64,000 bases of DNA, taken from an uncultured Synechococcus sp. Lineage in GTDB: Bacteria; Cyanobacteriota; Cyanobacteriia; PCC-6307; Cyanobiaceae. The notes beneath the pieces were generated by a model that was not told the origin of the DNA, did not search any database, and saw only the letters and a list, made by a program, of their open reading frames with translations. The first letter of the stretch is position 1, and each line of letters opens with the position of its first letter. Positions 9,264-19,517 of this stretch are shown here, piece by piece. A program made the translations under genes and the position numbers. The stretch spans positions 1,105 to 65,104 of the forward strand of contig CAINZT010000103.1 of the NCBI GenBank assembly GCA_903855705.1. Reading direction: 5' to 3'.

Positions 9264-10724
9264 TCAGAGGCTGCGGCGGATGCGCGCAGCCGCCTCGCCG
9301 CTGGGTTGGAGTAGGAGCCAGGTGCTCAATAGGTCGGGGCCTTGAAGGCTGCCGAGCAGGGCGGCCCGCAGGGTTTTCATCAACACCCCCTTCTTGACCC
9401 CGGCAGCGGCCACCGCCTCGGTCAACAGGGCTTGGGCCTGCTCAAGGGTCAAGGGTCCCTCAGCTAGGCGCTCGAATAGGGCTTGCAGGGCCTCGCGGGC
9501 CCCCGCACTCTGCAGTTGGCTGACGGCGGCTTCACTGAGCTCGGGCCGGCTGAAGAAGGGCCGGGCCTGGTCGATGCCATCTCGCAAGGTGACCAGGGAA
9601 GGGCCGATCAGGCCACAGAGCGACTCCAGCCAGGCCTGATCGGGGCCGGCAGCAGCAGCATCTCCCATGGGATCCAGCCAACCCTCAACCGCCCAGAGGG
9701 GTTGCAAGGCGGCCCGTAAGTCCGCTGGGCTTAGGTCATGGAGCACCTGGCTGTTCAACCAGTTGAGCTTGTCCCAGTCGAAACGGGCTCCGGCCTTGTT
9801 GACCCGATCAAAATCGAACAGGGGGGCGGCCTCCGCCAGGCTGAAGCGCTCGCCCATGCCCTCCGGCGGTGACCAGCCCAGCAGGGTCATGTAATTGGCC
9901 AGGGCGGCGGGGCTGTAGCCCTGGGCGCGGAAATCGCCCACGGAGGTGACCCCATCGCGTTTGGACAGTTTCTTGCCCTCTTTGTTGAGGATCAGGGGCG
10001 TGTGGGCAAAGACCGGCAGGTCCAGGCCCAGGGCCTCGTAGAGCAGGATTTGCTTGGCTGTGTTGGCGATGTGGTCTTCACCGCGGATCACGTGGCTGAT
10101 CGCCATGGCGGCGTCATCCACCACCACCACAAGGTTGTACAGGGGATCACCGATCTGGTCGGCGGGGGCCCGGCGGGCAATCACCATGTCGCCGCCAAGG
10201 TCGGCGCCGGCCCAGCGCATTTCGCCCCGCACCAAATCGGTCCAGCCAATGCTGGCGCCATCGTCGATGCGGAAGCGCACCGTGGCCTGGCGCCCTTCGG
10301 CGACGTAGGCCTGCTGCTGCTCAGGGCTCAGGTCGCGGTGACGGTTGTCGTAGCGGGGAGGCTTGTTTTCTGCCGCCTGACGTTCGCGCATCTCCTGGAG
10401 CTCGGTCTCGCTGGCGTAGCAGCGGTAGGCATGGCCAGACGCCAGCAGCTGGACGATGGCGGCGCGATGGGCCTCAATGCGCTCGCTTTGAACCACCGGC
10501 TCCCCATCCCAGGCCAGCCCGAGCCATTGCAGGCCTTCGAGGATGTTGGCGGTGAATTCGGGCTTGCTACGTTCCCGGTCGGTGTCCTCGATCCGAAGCA
10601 AGAATTGGCCGCCGTGGCGTTTGGCGAACAGCCAGTTGAACACCGCCGTGCGGGCGGTGCCGATGTGGAGGGTGCCGGTGGGGCTAGGAGCCAGACGGAC
10701 ACGCACCGAACCAGTGTTCGCCAT
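9264..10724 (-). CDS. gltX: Glutamate--tRNA ligase
   Basis: [38 protein letters not shown]. Confidence 0.98.
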   Translation of the reverse strand: MANTGSVRVRLAPSPTGTLHIGTARTAVFNWLFAKRHGGQFLLRIEDTDRERSKPEFTANILEGLQWLGLAWDGEPVVQSERIEAHRAAIVQLLASGHAYRCYASETELQEMRERQAAENKPPRYDNRHRDLSPEQQQAYVAEGRQATVRFRIDDGASIGWTDLVRGEMRWAGADLGGDMVIARRAPADQIGDPLYNLVVVVDDAAMAISHVIRGEDHIANTAKQILLYEALGLDLPVFAHTPLILNKEGKKLSKRDGVTSVGDFRAQGYSPAALANYMTLLGWSPPEGMGERFSLAEAAPLFDFDRVNKAGARFDWDKLNWLNSQVLHDLSPADLRAALQPLWAVEGWLDPMGDAAAAGPDQAWLESLCGLIGPSLVTLRDGIDQARPFFSRPELSEAAVSQLQSAGAREALQALFERLAEGPLTLEQAQALLTEAVAAAGVKKGVLMKTLRAALLGSLQGPDLLSTWLLLQPSGEAAARIRRSL

Positions 10725-10765
10725 GGTCGCGTGACTCCTAAGTGGATTGAACAGGTTGGTTTGAA

Positions 10766-10839
10766 CGGGACTGACGGGGCTCGAACCCGCAACTTCCGCC
10801 GTGACAGGGCGGTGCTCTAACCGATTGAACTACAGTCCC
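10766..10839 (-). tRNA. tRNA-Asp (GTC)
   Basis: Reverse complement is GGGACTGTAGTTCAATCGGTTAGAGCACCGCCCTGTCACGGCGGAAGTTGCGGGTTCGAGCCCCGTCAGTCCCG; cloverleaf with GTC anticodon. Confidence 0.97.
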
Positions 10840-11025
10840 AAGTTGGTTTTGAAACCAGCTTTGTTTGGTATTACAACCAAAACCACAGATTGGCCTGAAG
10901 CCAGATCTGGACCGCCCGGGCAACAGCTGCTGCCCTGCGCTTCGAACAGTATCCGCTGCGACGGGCCCCTGCGTCAACCAGTTGGTTGCACCGGAGGCGC
11001 CCCCCAAACAAGGCAACAGACCATC

Positions 11026-11067
11026 AAAAATCCCCTGACCGGGCTCTGGGGGAGCGCGATCAGGGGA
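11026..11067 (-). terminator. Putative intrinsic terminator downstream of the hyperconserved protein gene
   Basis: Inverted repeat TCCCCTGA...TCAGGGGA followed by TTTTT on the minus strand; the loop is long. Confidence 0.45.
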
Positions 11068-11110
11068 CAGGCGTTAGGTGCCAGGAAAGCACCAAAAACA
11101 ACGGATGGTG

Positions 11111-11299
11111 TCAGGGACGGAAGCCGGCCGGTTCAATCAGGCGAACCTGATTTCCCCGGGCCGTGAATTCCCGACCCTGGTCGCTCTGAACAACGACTCG
11201 ACCACCGGATTTGACACGGATCACCCGAGCCCGAACCCAGCCAAGGGCTGCGGACTCGAGAACTTTGACCACATCACCAGGCTGTAGATCCAACTCCAT
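11111..11299 (-). CDS. Prochlorococcus/Synechococcus hyperconserved protein (PSHCP/Hcp)
   Basis: MELDLQPGDVVKVLESAALGWVRARVIRVKSGGRVVVQSDQGREFTARGNQVRLIEPAGFRP, in the characteristic position between tRNA-Trp and tRNA-Asp downstream of rplS. Confidence 0.92.
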   Translation of the reverse strand: MELDLQPGDVVKVLESAALGWVRARVIRVKSGGRVVVQSDQGREFTARGNQVRLIEPAGFRP

Positions 11300-11335
11300 G
11301 TCCGGAACCACGAAACTGCAGGAGGGGGAATCGGA

Positions 11336-11408
11336 CGCGCCGTGGAGGACTTGAACCCCCGGCATCAGGTTTTGGAGACCTGCGTTCTACCAACTGAACT
11401 AACGGCGC
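11336..11408 (-). tRNA. tRNA-Trp (CCA)
   Basis: Reverse complement is GCGCCGTTAGTTCAGTTGGTAGAACGCAGGTCTCCAAAACCTGATGCCGGGGGTTCAAGTCCTCCACGGCGCG; CCA anticodon. Confidence 0.96.
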
Positions 11409-11477
11409 AAGGCGATCCCCCCCACGGTCAAGGCCCATGCAAGATGGACATTGACCTGAACAAATGAGGCGTAAGCC

Positions 11478-11963
11478 TCAGCGATCGAAGCGCTGCTTGA
11501 CGCGAGTGGCCTTGCCCACCCGATCGCGCAGATAAAAGAGCTTCGCTCTACGCACCTTACCGCGCCGCTCCACCTTGATGGAAGCGACTTGGGGGCTATG
11601 CAGCATGAAGACACGCTCCACGCCAACCCCCTGGAAGATGCGACGCACGGTGATGGTCTCATTGAGACCGCCGTGGCGCTTAGCAATCACAACACCCTCG
11701 TAGGGCTGGATGCGTTCCTTGTTGCCTTCACTGATGCGCACACCAACGCGGACGGTATCGCCCACGTAGATGTCGGGCAGATCGCTCTTGAGCTGATCGG
11801 CTTCGAAAGCCCGGATCAGGTCCTGGGCACTGAGTTTGCCCGTGGTGGCCTTTACAGGCTCCAGGGTTGCCACCGCAGGGGTGCTGGTCTCCAAGCTGGT
11901 CTCCACCGTGGTGGTCTCCGTCTCGCTGGTCATGTCATTGATCTCGTTGGAATCCGCTGCCAT
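11478..11963 (-). CDS. rplS: 50S ribosomal protein L19
   Basis: [27 protein letters not shown]...GVGVERVF...[14 protein letters not shown]-rich N-terminal extension. Confidence 0.97.
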   Translation of the reverse strand: MAADSNEINDMTSETETTTVETSLETSTPAVATLEPVKATTGKLSAQDLIRAFEADQLKSDLPDIYVGDTVRVGVRISEGNKERIQPYEGVVIAKRHGGLNETITVRRIFQGVGVERVFMLHSPQVASIKVERRGKVRRAKLFYLRDRVGKATRVKQRFDR

Positions 11964-12029
11964 CCCAGCTCCGAAAGACGCCTGGCCAAACAACAAGTGT
12001 ACCGCTCAGGCAGACCCACCCTTGGCTGC

Positions 12030-12380
12030 TCATGGGCCGGGTTCGGCTGGCCGGCTGGGTTCGGCAGACCGGCCAACCCGCTGGCCCTGGCGCCAGCGTT
12101 GCAGCACCAGGGTGGCCCCCGTGATCAGCATCCAGAGCAGGCCCAGGCCGTTAAGCAACACATAAATGGGTTCGAGGGCCTTGCCGAGCCATTCGCCCTC
12201 ATGCAGCACCATCAGCAGATGCACCTGGTCCCGGCCCAGGCCGGCCCAGTCCTTGAGCAGCCTGTAGGCCATGCCACTGCACACCGTGATCAGGAGGGGG
12301 GCCAAAACAAACGGAGCCACCGCCCCATGGAGCCGGCGGAACTGCTGGAACCTCTGAGGCGTCAGCCCAGGCAGGGACAT
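12030..12380 (-). CDS. PepSY-associated TM-helix small membrane protein
   Basis: RRLHGAVAPFVLAPLLITVCSG...LMVLHEGEW...LLWMLITG pattern with two conserved His residues. Confidence 0.7.
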   Translation of the reverse strand: MSLPGLTPQRFQQFRRLHGAVAPFVLAPLLITVCSGMAYRLLKDWAGLGRDQVHLLMVLHEGEWLGKALEPIYVLLNGLGLLWMLITGATLVLQRWRQGQRVGRSAEPSRPAEPGP

Positions 12381-12455
12381 CACAGGGCGGGAACGGGGCG
12401 GACAACAGGGAACCGGCCTCCCGTTCTACCTTGACAATCGGCCCTGGACCTTTCG

Positions 12456-13334
12456 ATGAATCTTTTCGCTGATCTGCTGGCCACCACCAACCGTCAAGCG
12501 GCCGCCAGCCCGTCAGCAGCGGCCCAGGCGGCCGCCACCCAGACCGGCCCCCGCATCCAGAAGGGGCGCCGGGGGGTGGAAATCAAATCGGCCCGTGAAA
12601 TTGCGATCATGCGCAAGGCCAGCCGAATCGTGGCAACCGTGCTGCGGGAAATCAGCGAGCTGGCCGCTCCGGGTATGACCACCGCTGACCTGGATCGCCA
12701 CGCTGAGCAGCGGATCCGGGAAATGGGGGCCACCCCCAGCTTCAAGGGCTACCACGGCTTTCCCGCCAGCATCTGCGCCTCGATCAACCATGAAGTCGTG
12801 CATGGAATCCCCAGCAGCAAACGGGTGATCCGCTCCGGTGACCTGGTCAAAATCGACACGGGCGCCTACTTCGAGGGCTACCACGGCGACAGCTGCATCA
12901 GTCTCTGCGTCGGCGAAGGGGCTAGTGAAGAAGCCCAGCGGCTCACCCGGGTGGCCCAGGAGTCGCTAATGAAAGGCCTGGCCCGCATCAAGGCCGGCAA
13001 CAGCCTGCTGGATATCGCCGGCGCCGTGCAGGACCACGTCGAAGCCCATGGCTACGCAGTGGTGGAGGACTACACCGGCCATGGCGTGGGCCGCAACCTG
13101 CATGAGGAGCCCTCGGTGTTCAACTTCCGCACCCGGGACCTCCCCAACATGACCCTGAGGGCCGGCATGACCCTGGCGGTGGAACCCATCCTCAATGCCG
13201 GCAGCAAGGCCTGCCGCACCCTCAAGGACCGCTGGACCGTGGTAACGGAAGACGGCAGCCTCTCGGCCCAGTGGGAGCACACCATCGCCGTGACCAGCGA
13301 CGGCTGTGAAATCCTCACCGACCGAGATTTCTAA
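12456..13334 (+). CDS. map: Type I methionine aminopeptidase
   Basis: [50 protein letters not shown]. Confidence 0.97.
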   Translation: MNLFADLLATTNRQAAASPSAAAQAAATQTGPRIQKGRRGVEIKSAREIAIMRKASRIVATVLREISELAAPGMTTADLDRHAEQRIREMGATPSFKGYHGFPASICASINHEVVHGIPSSKRVIRSGDLVKIDTGAYFEGYHGDSCISLCVGEGASEEAQRLTRVAQESLMKGLARIKAGNSLLDIAGAVQDHVEAHGYAVVEDYTGHGVGRNLHEEPSVFNFRTRDLPNMTLRAGMTLAVEPILNAGSKACRTLKDRWTVVTEDGSLSAQWEHTIAVTSDGCEILTDRDF

Positions 13335-13339
13335 GCCGA

Positions 13340-14110
13340 TCAGGCTGGGGACTGGTGCCCGGGCCGGCTGAAGAGGCCCATGTAGATCCAACGGATCAGC
13401 GCCACCAAGGGCATCAAGACATAGGTAAGGGGGTTGGGCGTGACGATGATCAACCCCCAGTCCCAAGCGGCCAGCCTCAGAACGGCCTGGGCCACAAAAG
13501 CGGCACCCATAACCCCGATCGGATTGAGGTTGGAGCGGAAAGGTCCCAGCACCAGCCGGCGAATGCGCAATTTCGGACCGGCAAGATCGAAGGCCCTCAG
13601 GCTGATCAACTGACCCAGCAGCCGCTTGCTGATCTCGTAGAGGGGGCTCACGGCCGGCAGGATTTCCGCCTCGGAGCTGTTGATCCAGACCTCGCGGCGG
13701 GGCGGCTCCCCTGGGCCTGGCTTCACGGAACCATTGGGGTCCTGGGCTGCTGAGGCAAAGAGCTCAAGCAAGCGAATGCTGCTGAGGGCATTCACCTCAA
13801 GGGAGCGTTCCAGGGCAGCGGCACTGCGATCGGCATGGGCATTGATCCCGTGGTTGATCACGAGGATGTCGATGTGGCTGAGCAGCTCGCTGAGCTCGGC
13901 TTCTTGGCCGCAGCGCCAGCTGCGCTGCTCCAGGGGAATGGGGTCTCCGCTGGCTGACATCAGCTGCAGGGGCTCGGAGCTGGTGGTGAGGGCCACCAGG
14001 CTGGCGCCGCAGCTGTGAAAGGCCCTCAACAACTCCCTCCCCAGGCTGCCGCTGGCACCGGTGATGGCAACGCGCCGGCCCGCGAATGGACTGCTGCGAC
14101 CAGCGGACAT
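13340..14110 (-). CDS. SDR family oxidoreductase
   Basis: ITGASGSLG, DILVINHG, YEISK (YxxxK). Confidence 0.88.
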   Translation of the reverse strand: MSAGRSSPFAGRRVAITGASGSLGRELLRAFHSCGASLVALTTSSEPLQLMSASGDPIPLEQRSWRCGQEAELSELLSHIDILVINHGINAHADRSAAALERSLEVNALSSIRLLELFASAAQDPNGSVKPGPGEPPRREVWINSSEAEILPAVSPLYEISKRLLGQLISLRAFDLAGPKLRIRRLVLGPFRSNLNPIGVMGAAFVAQAVLRLAAWDWGLIIVTPNPLTYVLMPLVALIRWIYMGLFSRPGHQSPA

Positions 14111-14167
14111 CAGGCTCCCCTCGTATCAAGCTTCAGCATGCGCCATCCTTGAAGCCGAGAGCTCGAC

Positions 14168-14701
14168 TTGATGGAGAGGGATCTGAACGATCGTGAAGCC
14201 CAGGTGGCCCTTTACGCCCCCTATTGCGAAGGGCTTGAAAAGCCCCAGCAGCTGGACCAGGCTTTAGAGGTGCTTGCCGCCGGCCGATTCAACGGCAGTC
14301 GCCGCCTCAAACCCGATGGCAATCACCCCTATGAACTCTCCTGGCTCCACGGAGACTCACCCCAGGAGCCCTGCCGCTGCCAGCTGATCTTTCCAGCGTT
14401 CACGTCTGTCACTTACCAGTTTTCCTTGCCCACGGCCCAGCTGGTGCTTTGGCTGATGGAAGCCTTTGAGCACCGGGCCGGCCCTCTCCCCAGGCCTGCA
14501 GGTGTGCAGATCCCTCCCCCACCCCAGCCAGCTTCAGGCCCCTATGTCCCGGGGCTGCCAGCTCCCGCCTTGCCCCCACCGCCCCTGCCTTTTGGGGTAC
14601 CGGCCCAGGCAGCCGATCGGAACGTAGGCCCCTTGGATCTGCCCGATAGTTTCTGGTGCTGGTTACTCGTGGGGGTCTTACCCGCCGATCGATCCGCCTA
14701 G
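14168..14701 (+). CDS. ebsA: Type IV pilus biogenesis/biofilm regulator EbsA
   Basis: ALYAPYC...G.R.L...C.L.F...Y.F.LPT.QLV.WL...DLPDSFW.WLL pattern; located upstream of the DRTGG gene. Confidence 0.75.
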   Translation: MMERDLNDREAQVALYAPYCEGLEKPQQLDQALEVLAAGRFNGSRRLKPDGNHPYELSWLHGDSPQEPCRCQLIFPAFTSVTYQFSLPTAQLVLWLMEAFEHRAGPLPRPAGVQIPPPPQPASGPYVPGLPAPALPPPPLPFGVPAQAADRNVGPLDLPDSFWCWLLVGVLPADRSA

Positions 14702-14737
14702 ATTCGCGCCACCGCAACTGCGCACGGGGCAACCACG

Positions 14738-15967
14738 ATGCCGTCGACCAGGGTTTCCCCTTCCGCCACACCATCAGCCGGTCCGAGTTCCGTTCTGCTG
14801 GTTGGCTCCTGCGAACCCTTCAGTGGTAAGTCGGCTCTGGTCCTTGGTCTGGCACGCCACCTCATGGGGAAGGGGGCCGTGATCAGTTTCGGTAAACCCC
14901 TGGCCACCAGTGATGAAGCGGAACGGCGAGCGGCTAGTGCGGAATCGGAGCGCAGCAGCAGCGCAGGCTCCTCCCAGGGGGAGCGATCCCCGGCAGACCA
15001 GTTGTTGGACAAGGGGTCTGGCAACAGTGAACTGGTCCTTGATGCGGACGTGCGATTTATCGGCGAAATTCTGGGCCTAGGGCCTGACCAGCTCCTGCCC
15101 TCCTTGCATCTCTCTGATCCGAGCACGGCCAGGGATCGGCTGCTCTGCGGTGATCTCGATGCCGGTAGTGGCCTGACCCAGCTCCAGACCCAATTGGCAA
15201 CTGCGGGTCCCGATCGGATCACCCTGTTAGAAGCGGCGGGAAGCTTTTCTGAAGGCCTGCTCTACGGCTTGAGCTTGCCCCAACTGGCCCACCAGCTCCA
15301 GGCTCCTGTTGTGCTCGTGCACCCCTGGAACGATGCCCGCAGTGTCGATCCCCTACTTGAGGCCTTCGGCCAACTCGGGCCCCTGCTGGCTGGGGTGGTG
15401 CTCAACGGGGTCGCGCCCGAGGCCGTTGCCGGCCTGCTTCAGGCTGAAGTGCCAGCCCTGGAACGGCTGGGTATCCCCGTGCTGGGGGTGATGCCCCGTA
15501 GCCCCCTGCTGCGCAGCGTCACCGTGGAGGAACTTGCCCGCCGCCTGGAGGCCAGGGTGCTCTGTTGCCGGGAGCGGCTCGACCTGCTGGTCGAGACCTT
15601 GAGCATCGGCGCCATGAATGTCAATTCCGCCATGGAGTTTTTCCGGCGCCGCCGCAACATGGCCGTCGTGACTGGAGCCGACCGCACCGATATCCAATTG
15701 GCGGCCCTCGAGGCCTCCACCCAGTGCCTGATCCTCACAGGCGCCGGCGAACCGCTGCCCCAGCTGATCTCCCGCGCTGAAGAGCTCGACGTCCCATTGC
15801 TGAAGGTCGACCATGACACCCTGACCACGGTCGAAGTGATCGAGCGCACCTTTGGCCACGTCCGCCTCAACGAATCGGTCAAGGCCACCTATGCCTTCCG
15901 GCTGGTGGAGGAGCACTGCCAGTTCGATCGCCTCGATGCGCGACTGCACTTGCCGGTTCCGGCCTGA
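14738..15967 (+). CDS. Phosphotransacetylase N-terminal-like (BioD-like/DRTGG domain) protein
   Basis: GSCEPFSGKS, FGKP, SIGAMN, VVTGADRTDIQLAAL, LILTG. Confidence 0.9.
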   Translation: MPSTRVSPSATPSAGPSSVLLVGSCEPFSGKSALVLGLARHLMGKGAVISFGKPLATSDEAERRAASAESERSSSAGSSQGERSPADQLLDKGSGNSELVLDADVRFIGEILGLGPDQLLPSLHLSDPSTARDRLLCGDLDAGSGLTQLQTQLATAGPDRITLLEAAGSFSEGLLYGLSLPQLAHQLQAPVVLVHPWNDARSVDPLLEAFGQLGPLLAGVVLNGVAPEAVAGLLQAEVPALERLGIPVLGVMPRSPLLRSVTVEELARRLEARVLCCRERLDLLVETLSIGAMNVNSAMEFFRRRRNMAVVTGADRTDIQLAALEASTQCLILTGAGEPLPQLISRAEELDVPLLKVDHDTLTTVEVIERTFGHVRLNESVKATYAFRLVEEHCQFDRLDARLHLPVPA

Positions 15968-16038
15968 AGCAGGCCTCGTTTTCGCAAGCACCACGAGCTC
16001 ATCACTGCTAGTTTCACAATGCAAATAGAGGGCGATTA

Positions 16039-16551
16039 GTGACCCGGTCCCTAGATCTCCCTGCCATGGACCGCATCGACACCCTGGCCCAGGAGCTGGC
16101 CTTACTCCAGGATCGGGGCAAGCGTCGCATCGCCATCCTGGGCAGCCGCCATGTGCCTGTGGTGTCGGTGCATCTGGTGGAGCTGGTGGCCCGCTCCCTC
16201 GCCCAGGAAGGCCACAGCCTGGTCACCTCCGGAGCCCTCGGTGTGAACTCGGCCGTGATTCGCAGTGTGCTGGATGTGGATCCAGCCCGCCTCACCGTGT
16301 TGCTGCCCCAAAGCCTCGATCGCCAACCCAGCGAATCCCGGGAGCAACTGGAGCGGGTGTTGAATTTGGTCGAAAAGCCGGAACACGACGAGTTGCCCCT
16401 GCCGATGGCCAGCAGCCTCTGCAACCAGGAAATCATCAGCCGTTGTGACCAGCTGATCTGCTACGCCTTCCACGACAGCGAAACCCTGCTGGCCAGTTGC
16501 CGCATCGCCGAAGACATGGGCAAGGTTGTCAGTCTGATGTTCTTTGACTGA
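16039..16551 (+). CDS. DprA/Smf-like Rossmann-fold protein (cyanobacterial)
   Basis: IAILGSRH, LVTSGALGVNSAVI, SSLCNQEII, FHDSETLL. Confidence 0.8.
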   Translation: MTRSLDLPAMDRIDTLAQELALLQDRGKRRIAILGSRHVPVVSVHLVELVARSLAQEGHSLVTSGALGVNSAVIRSVLDVDPARLTVLLPQSLDRQPSESREQLERVLNLVEKPEHDELPLPMASSLCNQEIISRCDQLICYAFHDSETLLASCRIAEDMGKVVSLMFFD

Positions 16552-17098
16552 GGCTGGCAACCAACGTCAGGCTGCGATCCCATCTGCTCGGGATTGGGCC
16601 CGGACCATCAGACCAGCCCGCTCCGCGCAAAAGACTGTCGTCGAAAGGATGGGGTTCCACCTTTTTCAAGGACAGGTCGCCCGTCTGAGCGAGATTCACT
16701 CCGCCAAGCGCAGGCCCCGGCCAAGCAAGGGACCCAGGACCTGGGCAGCAACGAGGCCAGTCAATTCGACCTCCTCAGGGGGCATCGCTCCAGGGGCAAG
16801 CGGGGCCTCAGCCAGCGCTGAAAAATGCAAACCTTGGTGGCCATTCAAGCTCCGAAGGGATTGCAACAACTCAGGAAAACGTCTGGTTTGGAGCAGAGCT
16901 GTCGCAGCCCCAATGAACCAAGACCAACACCATGTGGGCCCAAAGCTGCCCAATCAGGGCTTAGGCCAAGACCATTGCCTGCTTTGGCAGCAACGCCCGA
17001 TTCCCATCGACCCTAAACCTGCTGACAGGTAGCCCAACCAGAAACCCTGGACGGGCTGCCCAGGCTGGGGGGGTTTAGCTGAATCCAGGCCCCTGGAT

Positions 17099-17554
17099 CT
17101 AGGTCCCATCCCCAGGCGATTCACGGGCGAGCACCTGCAGGCGGATCCCTTCTCTGCCCAGCACGCTGACGCGGTTGCCAATCGCCAGCCCCCGTGACGG
17201 TTCGAGATTGACCGCCGCCCAGCTCTGACCCTGCCAGCGCACCCGACCCAGGCCCTCCCGATCAAAGGCTGCGATCACTTCGGCCTGGTCGGCCGAGGCC
17301 GCCGGCGCAATGGCCCTCGCGCCCTGACGACGGGACCAACGCCGCAGCAGTCCATAACCGCCGCCAGAAACCCCAGCAAAAAAGATCAGTTGGCCCACCA
17401 GGGGAACCGACGGCGCCAGGCTGGTGACGAGTACCAGCAGCAGTCCGCAGAGGCCCAGAACCAGCAGCAGGCCGTCACTGTCCGCCCCCAGCAACACCAG
17501 GACAAGGGCCAGGGCCGCCAGGAGCAACCAAAGCAGGGGAGGCGCCAGAGCCAT
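17099..17554 (-). CDS. NfeD family protein
   Basis: N-terminal TM helices plus an OB-fold tail GRVRWQGQSWAA...GNRVSVLGREGIRLQV. Confidence 0.88.
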   Translation of the reverse strand: MALAPPLLWLLLAALALVLVLLGADSDGLLLVLGLCGLLLVLVTSLAPSVPLVGQLIFFAGVSGGGYGLLRRWSRRQGARAIAPAASADQAEVIAAFDREGLGRVRWQGQSWAAVNLEPSRGLAIGNRVSVLGREGIRLQVLARESPGDGT

Positions 17555-17662
17555 GCAGGAAACAGCCGAAGGAAGGGTGCACAGGATTCGGCTGGTTCCA
17601 GGGAACCAGCTCCAGGCCGATCGCTCCACTGTGCCTAGATTTCAGCCCGTTGCCCCCAAGCC

Positions 17663-18574
17663 ATGGAAGCCCTAGTTCCGGTCGTGCTGGCCTTGCTCGC
17701 AGGCCTTGGCTTTGGCAGTTTGCGCGTCACCAGCAGCAGCCGCTCCATGCTGGTGGAACGACTTGGCAAATACAACCGCCAGCTAACTCCGGGCCTGTCC
17801 CTGGTGCTTCCCGGCATTGAGCGGGTGGTGAGTCATGAGTCTTTGAAGGAACGGGTGCTCGACATCCCGCCCCAGCAGTGCATCACCCGCGACAACGTGT
17901 CCATTGAGGTGGATGCCGTGGTCTATTGGCAATTGCTTGAGCATGCCCGCGCCTATTACGCCGTCGACAACCTGCAGGCGGCGATGGTGAATGTGGTGTT
18001 GACCCAGATCCGGGCCGAGATGGGCAAGCTCGACCTCGACCAAACCTTCACCACCCGCTCGGAAATCAATGATGTGCTGCTGCGCGAACTCGACCAGGCC
18101 ACCGACCCCTGGGGAGTGAAGGTAACCCGGGTCGAACTGCGGGACATCCAGCCGTCCCATGGGGTGCAGCAGGCGATGGAGCAGCAGATGACCGCCGAAC
18201 GGGAGAAGCGGGCCTCAATCCTGCGCTCCGAGGGTGAGAGGGAGTCCCAGATCAACGCCGCCCGCGGCAGGGCCGAAGCCCTGGTGCTTGATGCAAAGGC
18301 CAAACAGGAGGCCCTGCTGCTGGAGGCCGATGCCCAGGCCAAGCAGCAGGGCCTGCTGGCCAGGGCCCGGGCCGACGCCGCCACCCAACTGGCCGAGGCG
18401 ATCGAGGCCCATCCCGCCGCCGCCGAGAGCCTGCGGTTGCTGCTGGCCAAGGACTGGATCGCCATGGGCGAACAGCTCTCCAAAGCCCCGGGGGGCTCGG
18501 TGCTGCTGGTGGATCCCCAGAGCCCCGCCTCCCTGCTCACGGCCCTCCAGGGCCTGCAGAACCAGAAGGGCTAG
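17663..18574 (+). CDS. SPFH/band 7 (stomatin-like) protein
   Basis: VERLGKY, ITRDNVSIEVDAVVY, ATDPWGVKVTRVELRDI, QMTAEREKRA. Confidence 0.95.
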   Translation: MEALVPVVLALLAGLGFGSLRVTSSSRSMLVERLGKYNRQLTPGLSLVLPGIERVVSHESLKERVLDIPPQQCITRDNVSIEVDAVVYWQLLEHARAYYAVDNLQAAMVNVVLTQIRAEMGKLDLDQTFTTRSEINDVLLRELDQATDPWGVKVTRVELRDIQPSHGVQQAMEQQMTAEREKRASILRSEGERESQINAARGRAEALVLDAKAKQEALLLEADAQAKQQGLLARARADAATQLAEAIEAHPAAAESLRLLLAKDWIAMGEQLSKAPGGSVLLVDPQSPASLLTALQGLQNQKG

Positions 18575-18602
18575 GGCCTTGGTCCCCCATTGCCGGGATC
18601 AA

Positions 18603-19067
18603 TCAGTTCGCCAACAGCACCAGCAGGCCTGCCCCGTAGAGCAGGGAGCTGCAGAACAGGGCCGTTGCCCAGCAGAGCGAGCGCAGCAGTGGCTTGTTGC
18701 CGACGTAGGCGCCGATATAAACGAGCCTCAACAGCGGATGCAGCAGCGCCGCCGCTGCCGCCCAGGGAGCCGTCACCCCCACCAGCAGGCAGAGCAAGGC
18801 CGCCGGGGCATGGAGCACGAAGGCCTCGAAACAATTCTGATGGGCCCAACTGGCCCGCTGGCCCCAGCCGGGCAGCCGCTCAAACATCGCCCGGGGGGCG
18901 GCGATGTCGGCCATCGTGAAATTGGATTGGGACCGGGCCGCCCCCAGGGGCACGATGCTCACCACCACCACCCCAGCAGCCAGCACTAGGGACCAGGCGA
19001 AGGGCGCCAAGGCCGTGGAGGCCGTGGGGCCCAGCAGGGCCTGCGACGCGAGAGCAAAGGGGATCAA
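18603..19067 (-). CDS. MAPEG family protein
   Basis: APRAMFERLP.W..RA.WAHQNCFEAF...RLVYI.AY...LRSL.W. Confidence 0.88.
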   Translation of the reverse strand: MIPFALASQALLGPTASTALAPFAWSLVLAAGVVVVSIVPLGAARSQSNFTMADIAAPRAMFERLPGWGQRASWAHQNCFEAFVLHAPAALLCLLVGVTAPWAAAAALLHPLLRLVYIGAYVGNKPLLRSLCWATALFCSSLLYGAGLLVLLAN

Positions 19068-19517
19068 GGCGGCGATGGCGACTGACTCTTTCTAAGTCGC
19101 CAGTGGTGAAACCCTGTTGCAACGGGCCTGTGAAGGCCGACCCCAGTGGGGCCAAGGGCTGGCCCCTCAACCATTGGCAACGCTGCTCGGGCCGCCGCGA
19201 ACGATAAGCAACGCTGTGCTGCCCGGTTTTCCCCGGCTGTCCGTTGTTTTCCCCAGAAAAGTGGACCTTTTCCCCCAACGTCCTGGCCGAGACCCCGCCA
19301 GGGCTGATGGCCGGGGCCAATCCCTGGGGAATGGTCCCCTTGCCCTTGACGGGGATGGGGTGAGGCCCTCACCGGGGACCTGGCAAAGCAAGACGGGTCC
19401 GAATGACAAGTGGCTGGCAAATTCCCAGAGGTTGTCCCACGGGTCCCGGATCCCAGGGGCCGCTTGCACGGCAGGGGATGGTTGGGGGGTCTTCGGCCTT
19501 CGGGCAGTCAAGAACGC

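Noticed and set aside
10766..11408. tRNAs as integration sites
   Set aside because: No integrase or duplicated tRNA 3' end was seen, and the flanking genes are core.
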